64,000 nt of DNA from contig OZ024756.1 of assembly GCA_964016885.1 (NCBI GenBank), positions 44,020,001-44,084,000 of the forward strand, read 5' to 3'. The notes beneath the pieces were generated by a model that saw nothing but the letters and a program-made list of their open reading frames with translations, was not told the origin of the DNA and did not search any database. Below, one piece after another: positions 16,405 through 29,100 of this stretch. Position 1 is the stretch's first letter; each line of letters starts with the position of its first letter. The position numbers and the translations under genes were made by a program. Source of the DNA: Eledone cirrhosa. Its lineage: Eukaryota.

Positions 16405-19047
16405 GCTATCATAAGCTCTTTGTAAAGTTCTGCTCCACTTTGGTCTTGAGATATATGCAACCTTTGTCTACCTCAATTCCCTGGACATGACACACTCACA
16501 GATTCCTTGCCAGAGTTTTCCATGTATGAAGAAGGCAAAATATTTTTCAAACAGGCTCCCTCTCCCTCAGGAGCTATCCTAAGGTTTTTTGGGGGTTTTT
16601 ATATTTATGTTAATATATTCATCATTCTTTCTCCACACAGAAACTGTGTACGAAGACTTTGCTGGGTTCACTCCAACTGAGTTGGAAGTGAAGAAATGGT
16701 CAAAGCCATTCTTTGCAAAAGGTAAGTGTTATATATATATTGAGAGAGATCAATCTCTCTATCTCTCTCTATTTTTCCATCTGTCACTGTGTTATATGTA
16801 TACATATTAATTATATCATTATTCTACATAGCAATATCATATGTATATATATTAATTATATCATTACTCTACATAGCAATATCATATGTATATATATTAA
16901 TTATATCATTACTCTACATAACGATATATGTATATATATTAATTATATCATTATTCTACATAACGATATCATATGTATATATATTAATTATATCATTACT
17001 CTACATAATGATATATGTATATATATTAATTATATCATTATTCTACATAACGATATCATATGTATATATATTAATTATATCATTACTCTACATAACGATA
17101 TATGTATATATATTAATTATATCATTATTCTACATAACGATATCATATGTATATATATTAATTATATCATTACTCTACATAATGATATATGTATATATAT
17201 TAATTATATCATTATTCTACATAACGATATCATATGTATATATATTAATTATATCATTACTCTACATAACGATATATGTATATATATTAATTATATCATT
17301 ATTCTACATAACGATATCATATGTATATATATTAATTATATCATTACTCTACATAACGATATATGTATATATATTAATTATATCATTATTCTACATAACG
17401 ATATCATATGTATATATATTAATTATATCATTACTCTACATAACGATATATGTATATATATTAATTATATCATTATTCTACATAACGATATCATATGTAT
17501 ATATATTAATTATATCATTACTCTACATAACGATATATGTATATATATTAATTATATCATTATTCTACATAACGATATATGTATATATATTAATTATATC
17601 ATTATTCTACATAGCGATATTGTGTCCTTCGTTATTACCAGTCCCTTATATCTACATGGTAGGGGTCGTTAAATAGTTCTACAATGGTGTACCCCTAATT
17701 TCACTACATTCTGATTTGTCTACACTTGTACGTAGGGGTCGTTAAATAGTTCTACAAGGGTGTACCCCTAATTTCACTACATTCTGATTTTTCTACACTT
17801 GTACAGGTTTAGGATTCTGTAAAACACCACACATTCACTGGGGTCGTTTAATTAACATGGATTCTGACAGATGGGTTCCCAGTGGTAAAGTGGTAGCAGC
17901 TCAGTGTTTCTCAGGTTACATGCTCTCTATTGCTGCTGCTATGGTTTGTCTCCATGGAAACTGGACCCATGTTCCCCGATGTATCCCAGGTAAGATCTTC
18001 AGTTCCATATCTACTTCACCATTTTAGGGACCATCTAGAAATTGTATTGTATTTCTCTGTCCAACGGGAATTTGGTTCCTATTTCTAGCAAGTCAAGCCA
18101 CCACAAAGACTGGGGTAATTTTAGTCCCCCACAACAATTTCTAGACAATTCAAAGACTCAATAATATTCCTCTTTCTTTAGATCCTCAGTTGCCCCTCTA
18201 TGGAAACACTGCAAAAGGATACATCAAGTTCACATCCAGTAGACTCTTCATAGTGCCGATAACTTTAAATTACATCAATGTGATCTGTATTGGTGCTGGT
18301 GGAGGTGGCTATGATGGTAAGAGTGACTATGGGAAAGCTGGAGATGGATGGCCGTCTAAATTCAAAGGACTGGTAGCTGAGGGAGGAAAAGGTGGAAGCA
18401 AAACAGAAGGTAAGTTCAAGACATTCTAAACCTCATTTAGAAGTCCAATGTGATATTTGTTCTGCTCTGAGTTACAAACACTCCTTTATAACTCTTCCAC
18501 ATTGTAACTGCTTTAGTTTCAACAGTTGGTCTCAGATCAAGTCAGCTGACAAATACACTAAAATACAAGGAGTCATTATTTGACAGTTTTGAAACTTTGG
18601 TTCTGTTGTCTTTTTTTTTCCATTGTAGGTGGCGCTGGTGGACTGGGGACTGTGGCAGATGGAGCTAAAGGAGGATGGAGTCGCAGCAAATGCACAGCAG
18701 GTGGTGCCGCCGGTGGTTCTGTTGAATGGCTCAAGGATTCTAGGTTGTACCCTTTCTGTGGAGCAGGTGGGGTCTCGGAGTGTCCAATTGGACCAAGACC
18801 CTACTCACCGAAACCCGGTCCCGGGGGTACATACAACAACGGCACAGCAGCAGGTTTGTATGGCGGAGGTGGAGCAGCTGTGTTTAAAATGGGGTCTGGA
18901 GGAGGAGGTGGTTTCTCCAGAGGTTCCATTCGAATTAATGCTTGGGACATGATCCCCGTCACTATAGGTAAACCTGGTGATGCATCATACGGACAGCCTG
19001 GTGGTGGCGTAGTTGTGGTGTCTTGGGGGTGGCCATCATTTCAATAG
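11443..19047 (+). CDS. Multi-exon gene, 5' incomplete: YWTD (LDLR class B) six-bladed beta-propeller + Sushi/CCP + glycine-rich C-terminal domain; probably secreted
   Basis: Exons 11443-11591, 11990-12080, 13951-14113, 14490-14617, 15103-15262, 15635-15732, 16641-16721, 17807-17989, 18182-18409, 18629-19047. All introns are GT-AG with consistent phases, 1700 nt in total ending in TAG. Motifs: FLLIAD, PIDIAFD..VYWTD, LLYFID, GLAID, PRGI, PYDIA..LYWTD, PVGLTIF; Sushi CKTPHIHWG..CFSGY..CLHGNWTHVPRC; then FTSSRLFIVP..VICIGAGGGG...GGGVVVVSW. Confidence 0.88.
12601..13870. repeat. Intronic 22-bp minisatellite (tatgacaatggtagtgtggtga), about 58 copies with variant units
   Basis: Direct tandem array. 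It explains the three stop-free His/Thr-rich ORFs on the minus strand. Confidence 0.95.
14167..14352. repeat. Intronic 41-bp tandem repeat, about 4.5 copies
   Basis: gactatagaccagttctgtgactaagttacactgctggtta repeated with period 41; a degenerate copy overlaps the end of the upstream exon. Confidence 0.9.
14875..15052. mobile_element. piggyBac-type MITE
   Basis: TTAA-CCCTTTGGCATTCA ... TGAATGCTAAAGGG-TTAA, i.e. TTAA target duplication and CCC/GGG termini. Related copies lie near 28525-28703 and 62528-62733. Confidence 0.8.
15757..16056. repeat. Purine-rich minisatellite, unit about 26-28 bp (gagtgggaggggggaaacagagagggac)
   Basis: About 11 tandem G-rich units in an intron; potentially G-quadruplex forming. 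Confidence 0.9.
16790..17618. repeat. Intronic minisatellite of alternating 42- and 45-bp units (87-bp dimer)
   Basis: atatgtatatatattaattatatcattactctacataacgat alternates with a 45-bp variant. Both lengths are multiples of 3, which produces the spurious 319-aa and 295-aa ORFs. Confidence 0.93.
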
Positions 19048-20111
19048 CTCTGACCAGAGTTATATTTCAAAGAATCTCTAACAAGTTTCATTGTTTTCTC
19101 GTCAACATCCACCATTTTACATGTTCATTATTAACGTTGTTTTTAATTTTCTAGTCATTTTATTGGATAAATAAAAATATACAAATATATAAAAATAAAA
19201 CAAAATGAAGTAAGAGTGACCATTGCTTGACATGTCTCACTAAGATGTAAAGACAAATCTAAGGAAGGTTGACATGAAGTGGCAGAAAGATATTGAGAGA
19301 GTGACAAATATATACACATGTGCACATGCACAAATGTGTGCATGCATATACATATATATATATATACACACACACAGACACACACATGTATACATATATA
19401 CTCACACACAAATATGTATACATATATACTCACACATACAAACTCAAGGTATCACAACATACATATTATGTAGGATATTTGTGCTTCTCAGTAGAAAGAC
19501 TCAATGGATATTTCTCAGGAGGATTCAAATTTATATATATATGTGTGTATATATATAAATATATATAAAGTTATGTTAGTGCCGCGCCATCCAGGCCGAA
19601 ACAAATGAGATCGTGTAGGTGTCACGACAAAAAAACACACAGTCCACGCTGTAATGTGGCCGTGTAGGCAACACGGTAAAAACCTCCCAGACCCACACTG
19701 TAAATGTGGTTGGTGTTAGGAAGGGCATCCAACTGTAGAAAACCTGCCAGACAGTCCTATGCGAGCAAGACAATCACTCTTGCCTCAAGTGGGACTACCC
19801 CCGTCCAAACCCATGCAAGCGTGGAACACGGACGTTAAACGTTGATGATGATGATGATGATGATGATAAAGAGAGAGAGAGAGAGAGACAGACAGAGCCA
19901 TATATCTCTTGACAAAAACACAGTATTTTGTACACACACAAAAAGCACAATATTTAGAAAAAATAAGTACTTAAAATGGAAAAAGTCCTTATTTCCTACA
20001 TATATATCAGATGTCAAAACTGCAAGAGCTCAACCGTTGGGCTAAGTCACAGGCACAGTAATATCTGAAATATTGAGTACTATGGAGAAGTAAGAGTTCA
20101 ATATGACAGAA

Positions 20112-23100
20112 TCAACTAAGATCTGAAACTTGATATTGTCGGAGTTGAGCCACAGCTACTCTCCAACGTTCCATCCACTGGTCAAATGTTAAACCATTTA
20201 CTTTAACCCAGGGCACAGCATATTGAGCAGGTTGCGTTTCCCTGGGGAAAACAAAACAAAAAAAATAAATAAATATATACATATAACCACACATACACAA
20301 ATATCTCAAATAAAGCTCAGAATTGATTAGAGGGAAGGGCACCTTAAAATAAAGGAACTCTATACGTGTATTATCCTAGAATTAAAATTCATTGTTAAGT
20401 GATCTAAATACATGACGCAATATATATATATATATACACACACACGTGTCTGCTGGATTTTCCCAGACATGATATCTATATTTTTGTTAGTAATATAAAT
20501 ATGCTCCTAAATATTATTTTAGTAGAACTTCATAATGTTCAAAGGTTTTAGCTGCTATTTCTAGCTGTCGACAAACCTATTCACGTCACCTGGACATCGA
20601 TAAGACACTGGTTTATTCCCAACTCCGTTTTGACAGTCCCTGATTTGTCTCAGTTGTGTTCAATTTCCCTCCTTCACAGATGATCCACAATTGACTAACT
20701 TCATGGATTGGCAGTATCGGTACAGAGTCGGACGCCATACTTTCTAGCATAGAGTTACGGCCCTTGCCATTCTGAGTTCAAATCCCGCCGAGGTTAACTT
20801 TGCCTTTCATCCTTAAGGGGTCGATAAAATAAAGTACCAGTAATGTACTGGGTAATTGCTGGCCTTGTGCCAACAATAGGAGAAACAATTATTTAATGGT
20901 GAAATACAGCATCAGCCGCAATGCTTTGCAGCATAGAACTGTGGCCCTTTACATTCTGATTTCAAATGACGCCGAGGTTAGCTTTGCCTTTCATCTTTAC
21001 GGGGTCGATAAAATAAAGTACCAGTAATGCACTGGGGTAATTGCTGGCCTTGTGCCAACAATAGGAGAAACAATTATTTAATGGTGAAATACAGCATCAG
21101 CCGCAATGCTTTGCAGCATAGAACTGTGGCCCTTTACATTCTGATTTCAAATGACGCCGAGGTTAGCTTTGCCTTTCATCTTTACGGGGTCGATAAAATA
21201 AAGTACCAGTAATGCACTGGAGTAATTGCTGGTCTTGTGTCAAAAGTAGAAACAATTATTTAATGGTGAAATATATTTCTGAATAACGAAATGTGTCGAG
21301 GGAGATAATTAATAAAAATTCTCCGATAGTGATCTCCCCTTACTGCAGTAATTCGTAAAAGTTCTTACATTCTTTACAAGTTATCTCCCGTTAATTTTTG
21401 ATATATTTATATATCTAAACTATAATAAAGTAAGAAGCGCGGGACTGCGTACGGTTTATAAGTTTAAATCCCATTAGTAAAATAAGTTGGATTACTTTGA
21501 ATAAATAATGAATTGGCTGTTCATTAAATTTATTTTATTATTTATTTAAAGATTCACTTCTTTAAAACTTTCAAATGTCAACACTTCCGGTGGTGATCAC
21601 TTAAATAAACAATTTTCTGTCACTAATTTTTTCCTAATGCAGTTTATATATAATATCGTCTTTTTTAAATGTATCATGGATTACGTTACTGATTACATGA
21701 GACAGTGTAACGCAGTCTTCGTTCAATTTCTGTGTATATTGTCAATTACGATGTTATTTGGTGTATCATATCTACATGTATATATACTTGTATATAATAT
21801 CAATATACACACTACACATGCTAGCAGAAAACCACCCCAAGGGTGGTTTTCTGCTAGTATTGATAATGTTCTGACTTATTCTTTGGGGTCTTTCTTTGAG
21901 CTTCTGCTCAATGGTATGGCGCATATTTGAGATTTCCTCAGACATGACATTTATATTTTTGTTAGTAATATATTATATATATATATATATGGAGGCACAT
22001 GGCTTAGTGGTTAGAGCATTGGCCTTGCAATCGAAAGGTTGTGAATTCAAATCTCAGACCGGGTGATGTGTTGTTTCCTTGAGCAAGACACTTTATTTCA
22101 CATTGCTCCAGTTTACTCAGCTGTAGAAATGAGATGATAGGGACTGGGGTCCCTATCATTCCACTGCAAAGTGGTCGTGTAGGTGCCATGGCAAAAAAGC
22201 ACCCAGCACTCACTGCAAATGAGGTTGGTGTTAGGAAGGGCATCCAGCTGTAGAAATCAAGCTAGAATCAGTTCCCGTCCCACCCTTGCAAGCAGGGAAA
22301 AGCAGACGTAAAATGAAATGATGATGATGATATATATATTCACAAACACACATACATAATGTGTGTAAAAAGTAAAGAGAAATAACAAAGCAAACAACAG
22401 TAAAATGAAGAAATATATTAGTTTGACACTTGAAAATAGCATAAGAAATAAAAGATGGAAAGATAGAGTGAGAAAAGGAGCTTTTGTATCTGTGTTTGTC
22501 TTGTTTATGCTTGAAGTGTCTTGTTCAAGGATATAATGCATTGCCCTATGAACAATGATAAACAACTGCAACAACAACAACTGCAACAACAACAACCACA
22601 ACTACTTCAGCAGAAGTGGTAACAAAGGTAAAAAAAGAATCACTTACCATTCTTTGAGTCGGTGTTTCAGCATGGCCAGGGAATCAATACCTCCTAAGAC
22701 GTTCTTGAGGTCATGTTGTAAATTCTGGTGTAATGTTGTCTGTATTTTATGTTCACTTTTGTTGAGCTTCTCAAAGAGTTCTGAGGCAAAAACAGAAAAC
22801 ACAACGCTGAAATTATTCAACACTGCTGAATGCTGATAGACAGGATAGCTTCATACCAGCCTCACGTACACACACAAGCATACATACACATTCCATCATC
22901 ATTCAACCCTGCCTAATGTTATGATAGACAGGATAGTTACATACCATCAGCACCCTCACATACACACACACACACACACAGAAGGCACAAGTCTGGGTAA
23001 GGTGTGTTTGTGGAAGACCAGCAGTCACCCATGCATACCAGTCTTCCCTCTCCATGCCACTGATGTCCAAAGGAAAGGCAATGACTGATACAGCTCAACA

Positions 23101-26100
23101 CCAGTAACATCTCAACTATATACAGCATATACACACTGTATATACACTATATATGATGTTGTACAAAGGAAAGGCAATGGTTCATACAGCTTGGCACCAG
23201 AGACGCCACAACTCATTTCTACAGCTGAGTAAACTGGCGCATTGTAAAAATAAAGTGTTTTGCTCAAGGACAAAATGCATCACCCAGTCTGGGATTAGAG
23301 TTCACAACAACATTACGATTGAGAGCTCAACGCTCTAATCACTAAGCCACACATTCACAACACATAGTAAAATAGAGAAAGAGTGAAATACCTGTAAGTT
23401 TCTCAATGATCTCCACTTCCATCCCTGAGTCGGACAGTTTCTTGGCAGAATCAATGGCAAACCTTTGGCTAAACCGATTCTTCAGAATATTCAGTTTTAG
23501 TTGACAGATATGGGCCAGTATATGCTCTGGAGCCTACACACATAAAAATAAATACAAACGTAAATTCATATTTAAAAAGAGAGTAAATAAGAGACAGGAG
23601 ACATATTTGATAATACTGCACAACCAGGGCTAAACTGGGGCTGTGTGCTCTTCATAATAAAACCTATGTACATTCAATATATTATTTTGTTGTTAAAAAC
23701 AAAGGGAAGGGATAGTCAATGGTATGATATTGGTATGTAGTTTGTCAAATGACATCTTACTCTACCAACCCAGTTTTTTGGTTGACTGTATGTAGACAGC
23801 CCAGGTGTGTAGACAGCCAGATGTGTAGACAGCCAGATGTGTAGACAGCCAGATGTGTAGGCAGCCTTCCTTCCTAAGAACTCCTGAGTATCTCTACACA
23901 AAAGATATACAGTAATAGTAAGAAACAAGGAACTCACTTGAAACATTGGAAAGTCCATGGCTGTAAGTATTTCTTGTAGACAATTCTTGGAGTTGAGAAC
24001 AAAATCTGGGTTGAGCTGGTTGATAGACAGGTCTGCCCTGGCAACTCTACTCCTGAAAGACGTGTAAATAAGTATATATATACATATATATATTATATAT
24101 GGTGGGTAACAAAGTGGATAACCAAGGCTATGCTAATATAGCCATCAAAATTGATAGTATAAGACCAAGTTACTCCTGTTTAACTTAACCATCAACATCA
24201 ACAATGTAAGACCAAGACACCCAATCATAACTTAACCATCAACAATGTAAGACCAAGACACCCAATCATAACTTACCCATCAACATCGACTGTCATGAGG
24301 TGAGGCAATGAAACATCGAGAAACTTTGTTACTTCATCAGTGATAACATTTTTAAGGTCACCCTCAAAATTCTGAACAGATTCCTTGTGTGGCAGCAGTT
24401 TATTTTCTATGAAGTTAACCATCTAAAAAGTAGAAATATATAAAATAAAGACATAGATAAATGATGGTTTCCATCCTCCTCTTCCTTCAATATCTGGCAT
24501 GGGTTGTACAGGTTGTTACAGGCCACACTAGTGTTTACTGTATATACTTGAATATAAGCCGAGGAATATGTTACCCCCCAAAAAAGCCAATGGTAAAATG
24601 GAGGGTAGGTTTATATATGCCATCTAACCATGATTAGCTGCCTCAGTTTATAAATGGAGTTTGGATTTTTGCCCATTTCTCAGACCTAAACAATGTGTTG
24701 TCTAGGTGCATCGGCTTATAAACGGGGTTGGGTTTTTTGTTTTTTTTTTTGCTCATTTGTCAGACATAAAATGGGGTGGGGTGGAGGGGCTTATGTTTGG
24801 GTATACACAGCAATTGGCGCTATTGATTTCCTAGACAGTTTGAGGGAGAGTGTCTCGCTTATATACATTCCAGTTTTGGCATGGTTTCTATGGCTGGATG
24901 ACCTTCTTAATGTCAACCACTGTACAACATTTGAACAGAGAGGGGGAGGAGGAGAAAGACTTTTTAAATTAAAATAAATAAATAAAAAAAAAGAAATAGT
25001 AGTGATGCTTACTTGCAAATGCTTGTTAACTAGATTGTTCTTAGATGTGTAAAACTCCTGGTGCAGGTCTTGAATGAAATCACTTCTCTTTTGCTGACAA
25101 AGTTGAAACAATAAGAACATTTATTTCCAAGAATCAAAATACTAGAATTGTTTAAAGATAACTGAAAATTAACATCTGTTGCTAACCACTTTACTACAGC
25201 TGGGTACATTTCCTGTTGCTAACCACTTTAACTACTACAGCTGGGTACATCTCCTGTTGCTAACCACTTTAACTACTACAGCTGGGTTCATCTCTTGTTG
25301 CTAACCACTTTAACAACACAGAGATGGAGCTTATGTTCTTGTGTTTGTGCAAGTATGTGTATGTTTAACAAAGCAATTTCGGTAGAAGCAGGGCCACATA
25401 CTTTTACATTTATCAATGTATGTGAGAAAGAGATATAGAGGAAGAATTGACCCCAGTACTTGACTGGTACTTTTTTTTATCAACCTCGAAAGGATGAAAA
25501 GCAAAGTTGACCTCGGCAGGATTTGAACTCAAAGATTACAGAAAGCCAGAATGAATGCCGCAAAGCATTCTACCTGACGTTTCACTGCCTTGGAAATATA
25601 TAGAAATATATATATAGCGTAAAAAACAGGTGTCAACTGTCTCACCCTCCACCCCCACACACACACAAACTAAAGTTTTTTAAAAATCAACAACTTACAA
25701 TTAACATTTCAATGTTCTCAATGCATTCATATTTCTTCTCCAGAAGTTTCTTCTCTCCATCTCCCTTCAGCAATTCTTCTTTAAGTTGGCAAATTTCTTT
25801 CTCAAGGCAACACGTGGCAGCCTCAAAACTAGCAGTTTGAATTTCTTCGAGCAACAGGTTCCTAAATTGCAACAGTAGAGTGACAGAGAAATATATCAGT
25901 ACTGGGGTCGATTCTTCTTCTAAATCTCTTTCTCACTCCTTCTCTCTCGCCGTCTTCCCTTTTCTGGAAGAAATCAGCTATATTCAGACTTGAAGAGGGG
26001 ATAAGCTCCACCAGGTTTTAGATACCCAAGAAATGCTGTATGCCACTTCGGTGCCCCCTATAACTTCTCCAAGATTTATGAGTTCACACACACAGACACA

Positions 26101-29100
26101 TGCAAAGATGCCTTTTGTTATTTAATTTACTTTATGAATCAGTGTACCACCTCCCTCTATCCATCCCTACTTCTAAATTACATACACAAAAATGTTATTT
26201 AAATAAAAGTTAAAAAAAGTAAGGTTTTAAGTTTAAGTAAGTGTCAAGATTATTTACTTAGCCAAGGAAAGTTTTTGTGGGTCTTCAAAGATCTCCTCCA
26301 GGAGGGTATTGGCCATTTTATGTTTCTCTTCCAGTTCAACTGAAGTTTTCTGGTTTTCTGTCTGCAGATTCTCCGTGTTAATATGGTTCATTATGTGAAA
26401 TTTTTGTTTCTCCTGAAAGATATTTAAGGATGTTTGGGGTTAAATAAGGACAAAACAAGACAAAATAAGGAAAAAAAAACAATAAAAAAAAAAAAAAACA
26501 TTTTGTTAAGAAGAATTAATCTTATAATTTTCCATTCCCTGAAGCCTTCACTCCTTTGAATTCAGACTGACATACAGAGACAGATTCTAAAATAAAGATA
26601 TTTCTGAAGAACTTACAGATATCAGTTGGTAAATATTCCGTTGTAGAATCTGTTGGGAACTTTCACCATTTGATGTCTGATCTTCATATTTTTTCCTGAA
26701 ATACAACAGAAGTTTTGTCAGAATTGTTTCTACATATGGTACAATTTTGAAGGGAATGGAAAGTTGATTAAATCAACCTCAGTGCGTTACTGGTACTATA
26801 TTTTATCAACACCACAAGGATGAAAAGAAAGGCAAAGAGAAGGGCTGTTTTGTTTTTAATAAAAATAAAAACCAAGGAAAAAACAATTTAAGCTTACTTA
26901 AGTTTTAAAAGTTCTTCTTCAAAATTTATCTCTGTGGTCTTCTGGTTCAAATTGTGACTAGCAACCTCTGTCATATTTATCAAAGTTTCCATAATATTGT
27001 CTGCAGAGAACTTTTCCATGGTCAGTGCCACATTTCTCTCCCAGTTCTTCAACTTCTCCATGTTATCTGCTTTCCTATTGAACAAATAAATAAACAGTTT
27101 ATATTGGTTAAGTGATACAGTCATAGTATGAGGTACAGGATGTTAAGAGTTAATTCATTGCTCAATTCTACACCACCACATCACCCAAGAGTCCTATCAT
27201 CACATCTGTTGTAAAATCAGTGAAACACTTACAGAGGAGTTTGGTTGTTCTGATCATTATCTGCGAGATCACTGTATATTTTCTCAATATTTTCTCGAAC
27301 ATTTTTCTGAATGGGAGAATAAAATGACAAGGAAAAAATCATTAAATATTTCCAAAAAACCAAAACAGTTACAGTTTATAGGGGGGGGGGGGGGGGGCAT
27401 TACAAATATAACTGGCTGAGAGTAAGAAGGATAAGAGGGGAGGTATGTGTCATGAAACAAATCATCAACACTACCATTCTCATTAACCATTAATATTCTG
27501 CATTTTCTAACTTTCCTCACTCAAAGACATGTTGAAATTCTTCATGTTGCTCAAACATTGCACCTTAATATCCTATAGACCAGTGGTTCCCAATCTTCTT
27601 TTTACTCACGGCACATTTTTCAAAAAGTAAAAAATATGCTGCTGCACTTTGCACCATATATTCGAAAATTTATTCAATTCTTGTAAAATCTAAAACACTC
27701 ACTTGGCAAGCTGTCTCAGTTTTGACAGCCGAGTTCAGGCAAAAGTAGAGTGAAGCCTCCCTGAAAATGAAACAAAGAATGTTGAAAACGTGTTTAGTAT
27801 TCGTTAAATTTATTCTCTATTTTCTAACTTTCATCATTCAAAGACATTTGAAATTCTTCACATTGCTCAAACTTTCCAAATATTCTTTTAATGTTGCAAA
27901 ATCACAATACTTATTTCTATGATTAACAAGCTCACGTCATCAGGTCACGACGTAAGACATATGGAGACACACGCACCTAAATATATAATTGTTTCTACTT
28001 TAGGCACAAGGCCAGCAATTACCCAGTGCATTACTGGTACTTTATTTTATTGACCCCGTAAGGATGAAAGGCAAAGTCAACCTCGGCGAGATTTGAACTC
28101 AGATCGTAAAGGGACGTAACTATGCTGGAAAGCATGGCGTCCGACCCTCTACCGATACTGCCAATCCACACATAAATATATAATGGCTTCTTCACAGCTT
28201 CTGTCCACCAAATTTACTCACAAAGCAAGAGTTCGCTCATGTTAAACTTACTAACTTCAATAAAAAAAAAAAGGAACAAACCCAAACACAAACAGAATCA
28301 ATAAGAGAGGAAACAGGAGACAACTCACTTGTCCGAGGAATCTTCAGGATGAATCAACAGTTTGGAAATTTGTTGACGTAAATAGTTGAAAATGGCCATC
28401 TGTTTCTTGGACTGGTCAGAGAATTCAGACAAAAGTACAGTCTTCTTTTTCAAATTGAACAGTTCAGCATTAGCATCAGATAGAGTGGCATCTGAAAAAG
28501 TTTAGATTTAATCATAATTTCAACTTTAACCGAGCCATATCCAGCCAGAATTCTCTCGTCTCTTTCTGCTTATACTGATGTTAAGGTATTGTTCTCAAAA
28601 TAAATAATATCAAAATCTCATAGATTTGATATTGCGTGAGGTAAAGCTTCTATCATGATAATATAATAGTATATATAGAATAATGTAAATGCTAAAAGGT
28701 TAAACACAACAAATAATTTTTTGAGAATGTGTTTTAAAGTCAGATGCCCTTTCTGATGCTAAACTCCTACAACACGTACATATTCTAAAGAGCAGGAGAG
28801 GCACAACATATTAAGAACCTATTCTTAACAGAAACCACTACATGTTATGACCAGACTAACCAAGAATCAAAAAGGTTAAGCTTGTGTTATTCCCATATCC
28901 TCTCACCTGACATATAGATTTCCTTCTGAGATTGCTTCCCATCAGTCTCCAAATGTTTTATTTCTTCTTTCAGTTTTTCAATCTTCTTTCTCTTCTTCTC
29001 GTTCTCTTCATCAATGGCAACAAGCTGCTCTTTCTCTTCATATCTTTAACATATCACTAAGGACAGCAACGACAGATAAGAACACAAAACACATGAACGA

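Noticed and set aside
16713-17676. 319- and 295-aa ORFs
   Set aside because: 42/45-bp intronic minisatellite between two real exons.
20705-20800. tRNA gene
   Set aside because: A and B boxes are present but no full cloverleaf; it continues into a multi-copy SINE body.
29044-29057. Upstream alternative acceptor for HAUS5 exon 28907-29043
   Set aside because: Using the AG near 29057 introduces an immediate stop; the AG at 29044-29045 keeps the frame (KIRGNLRLYEE).
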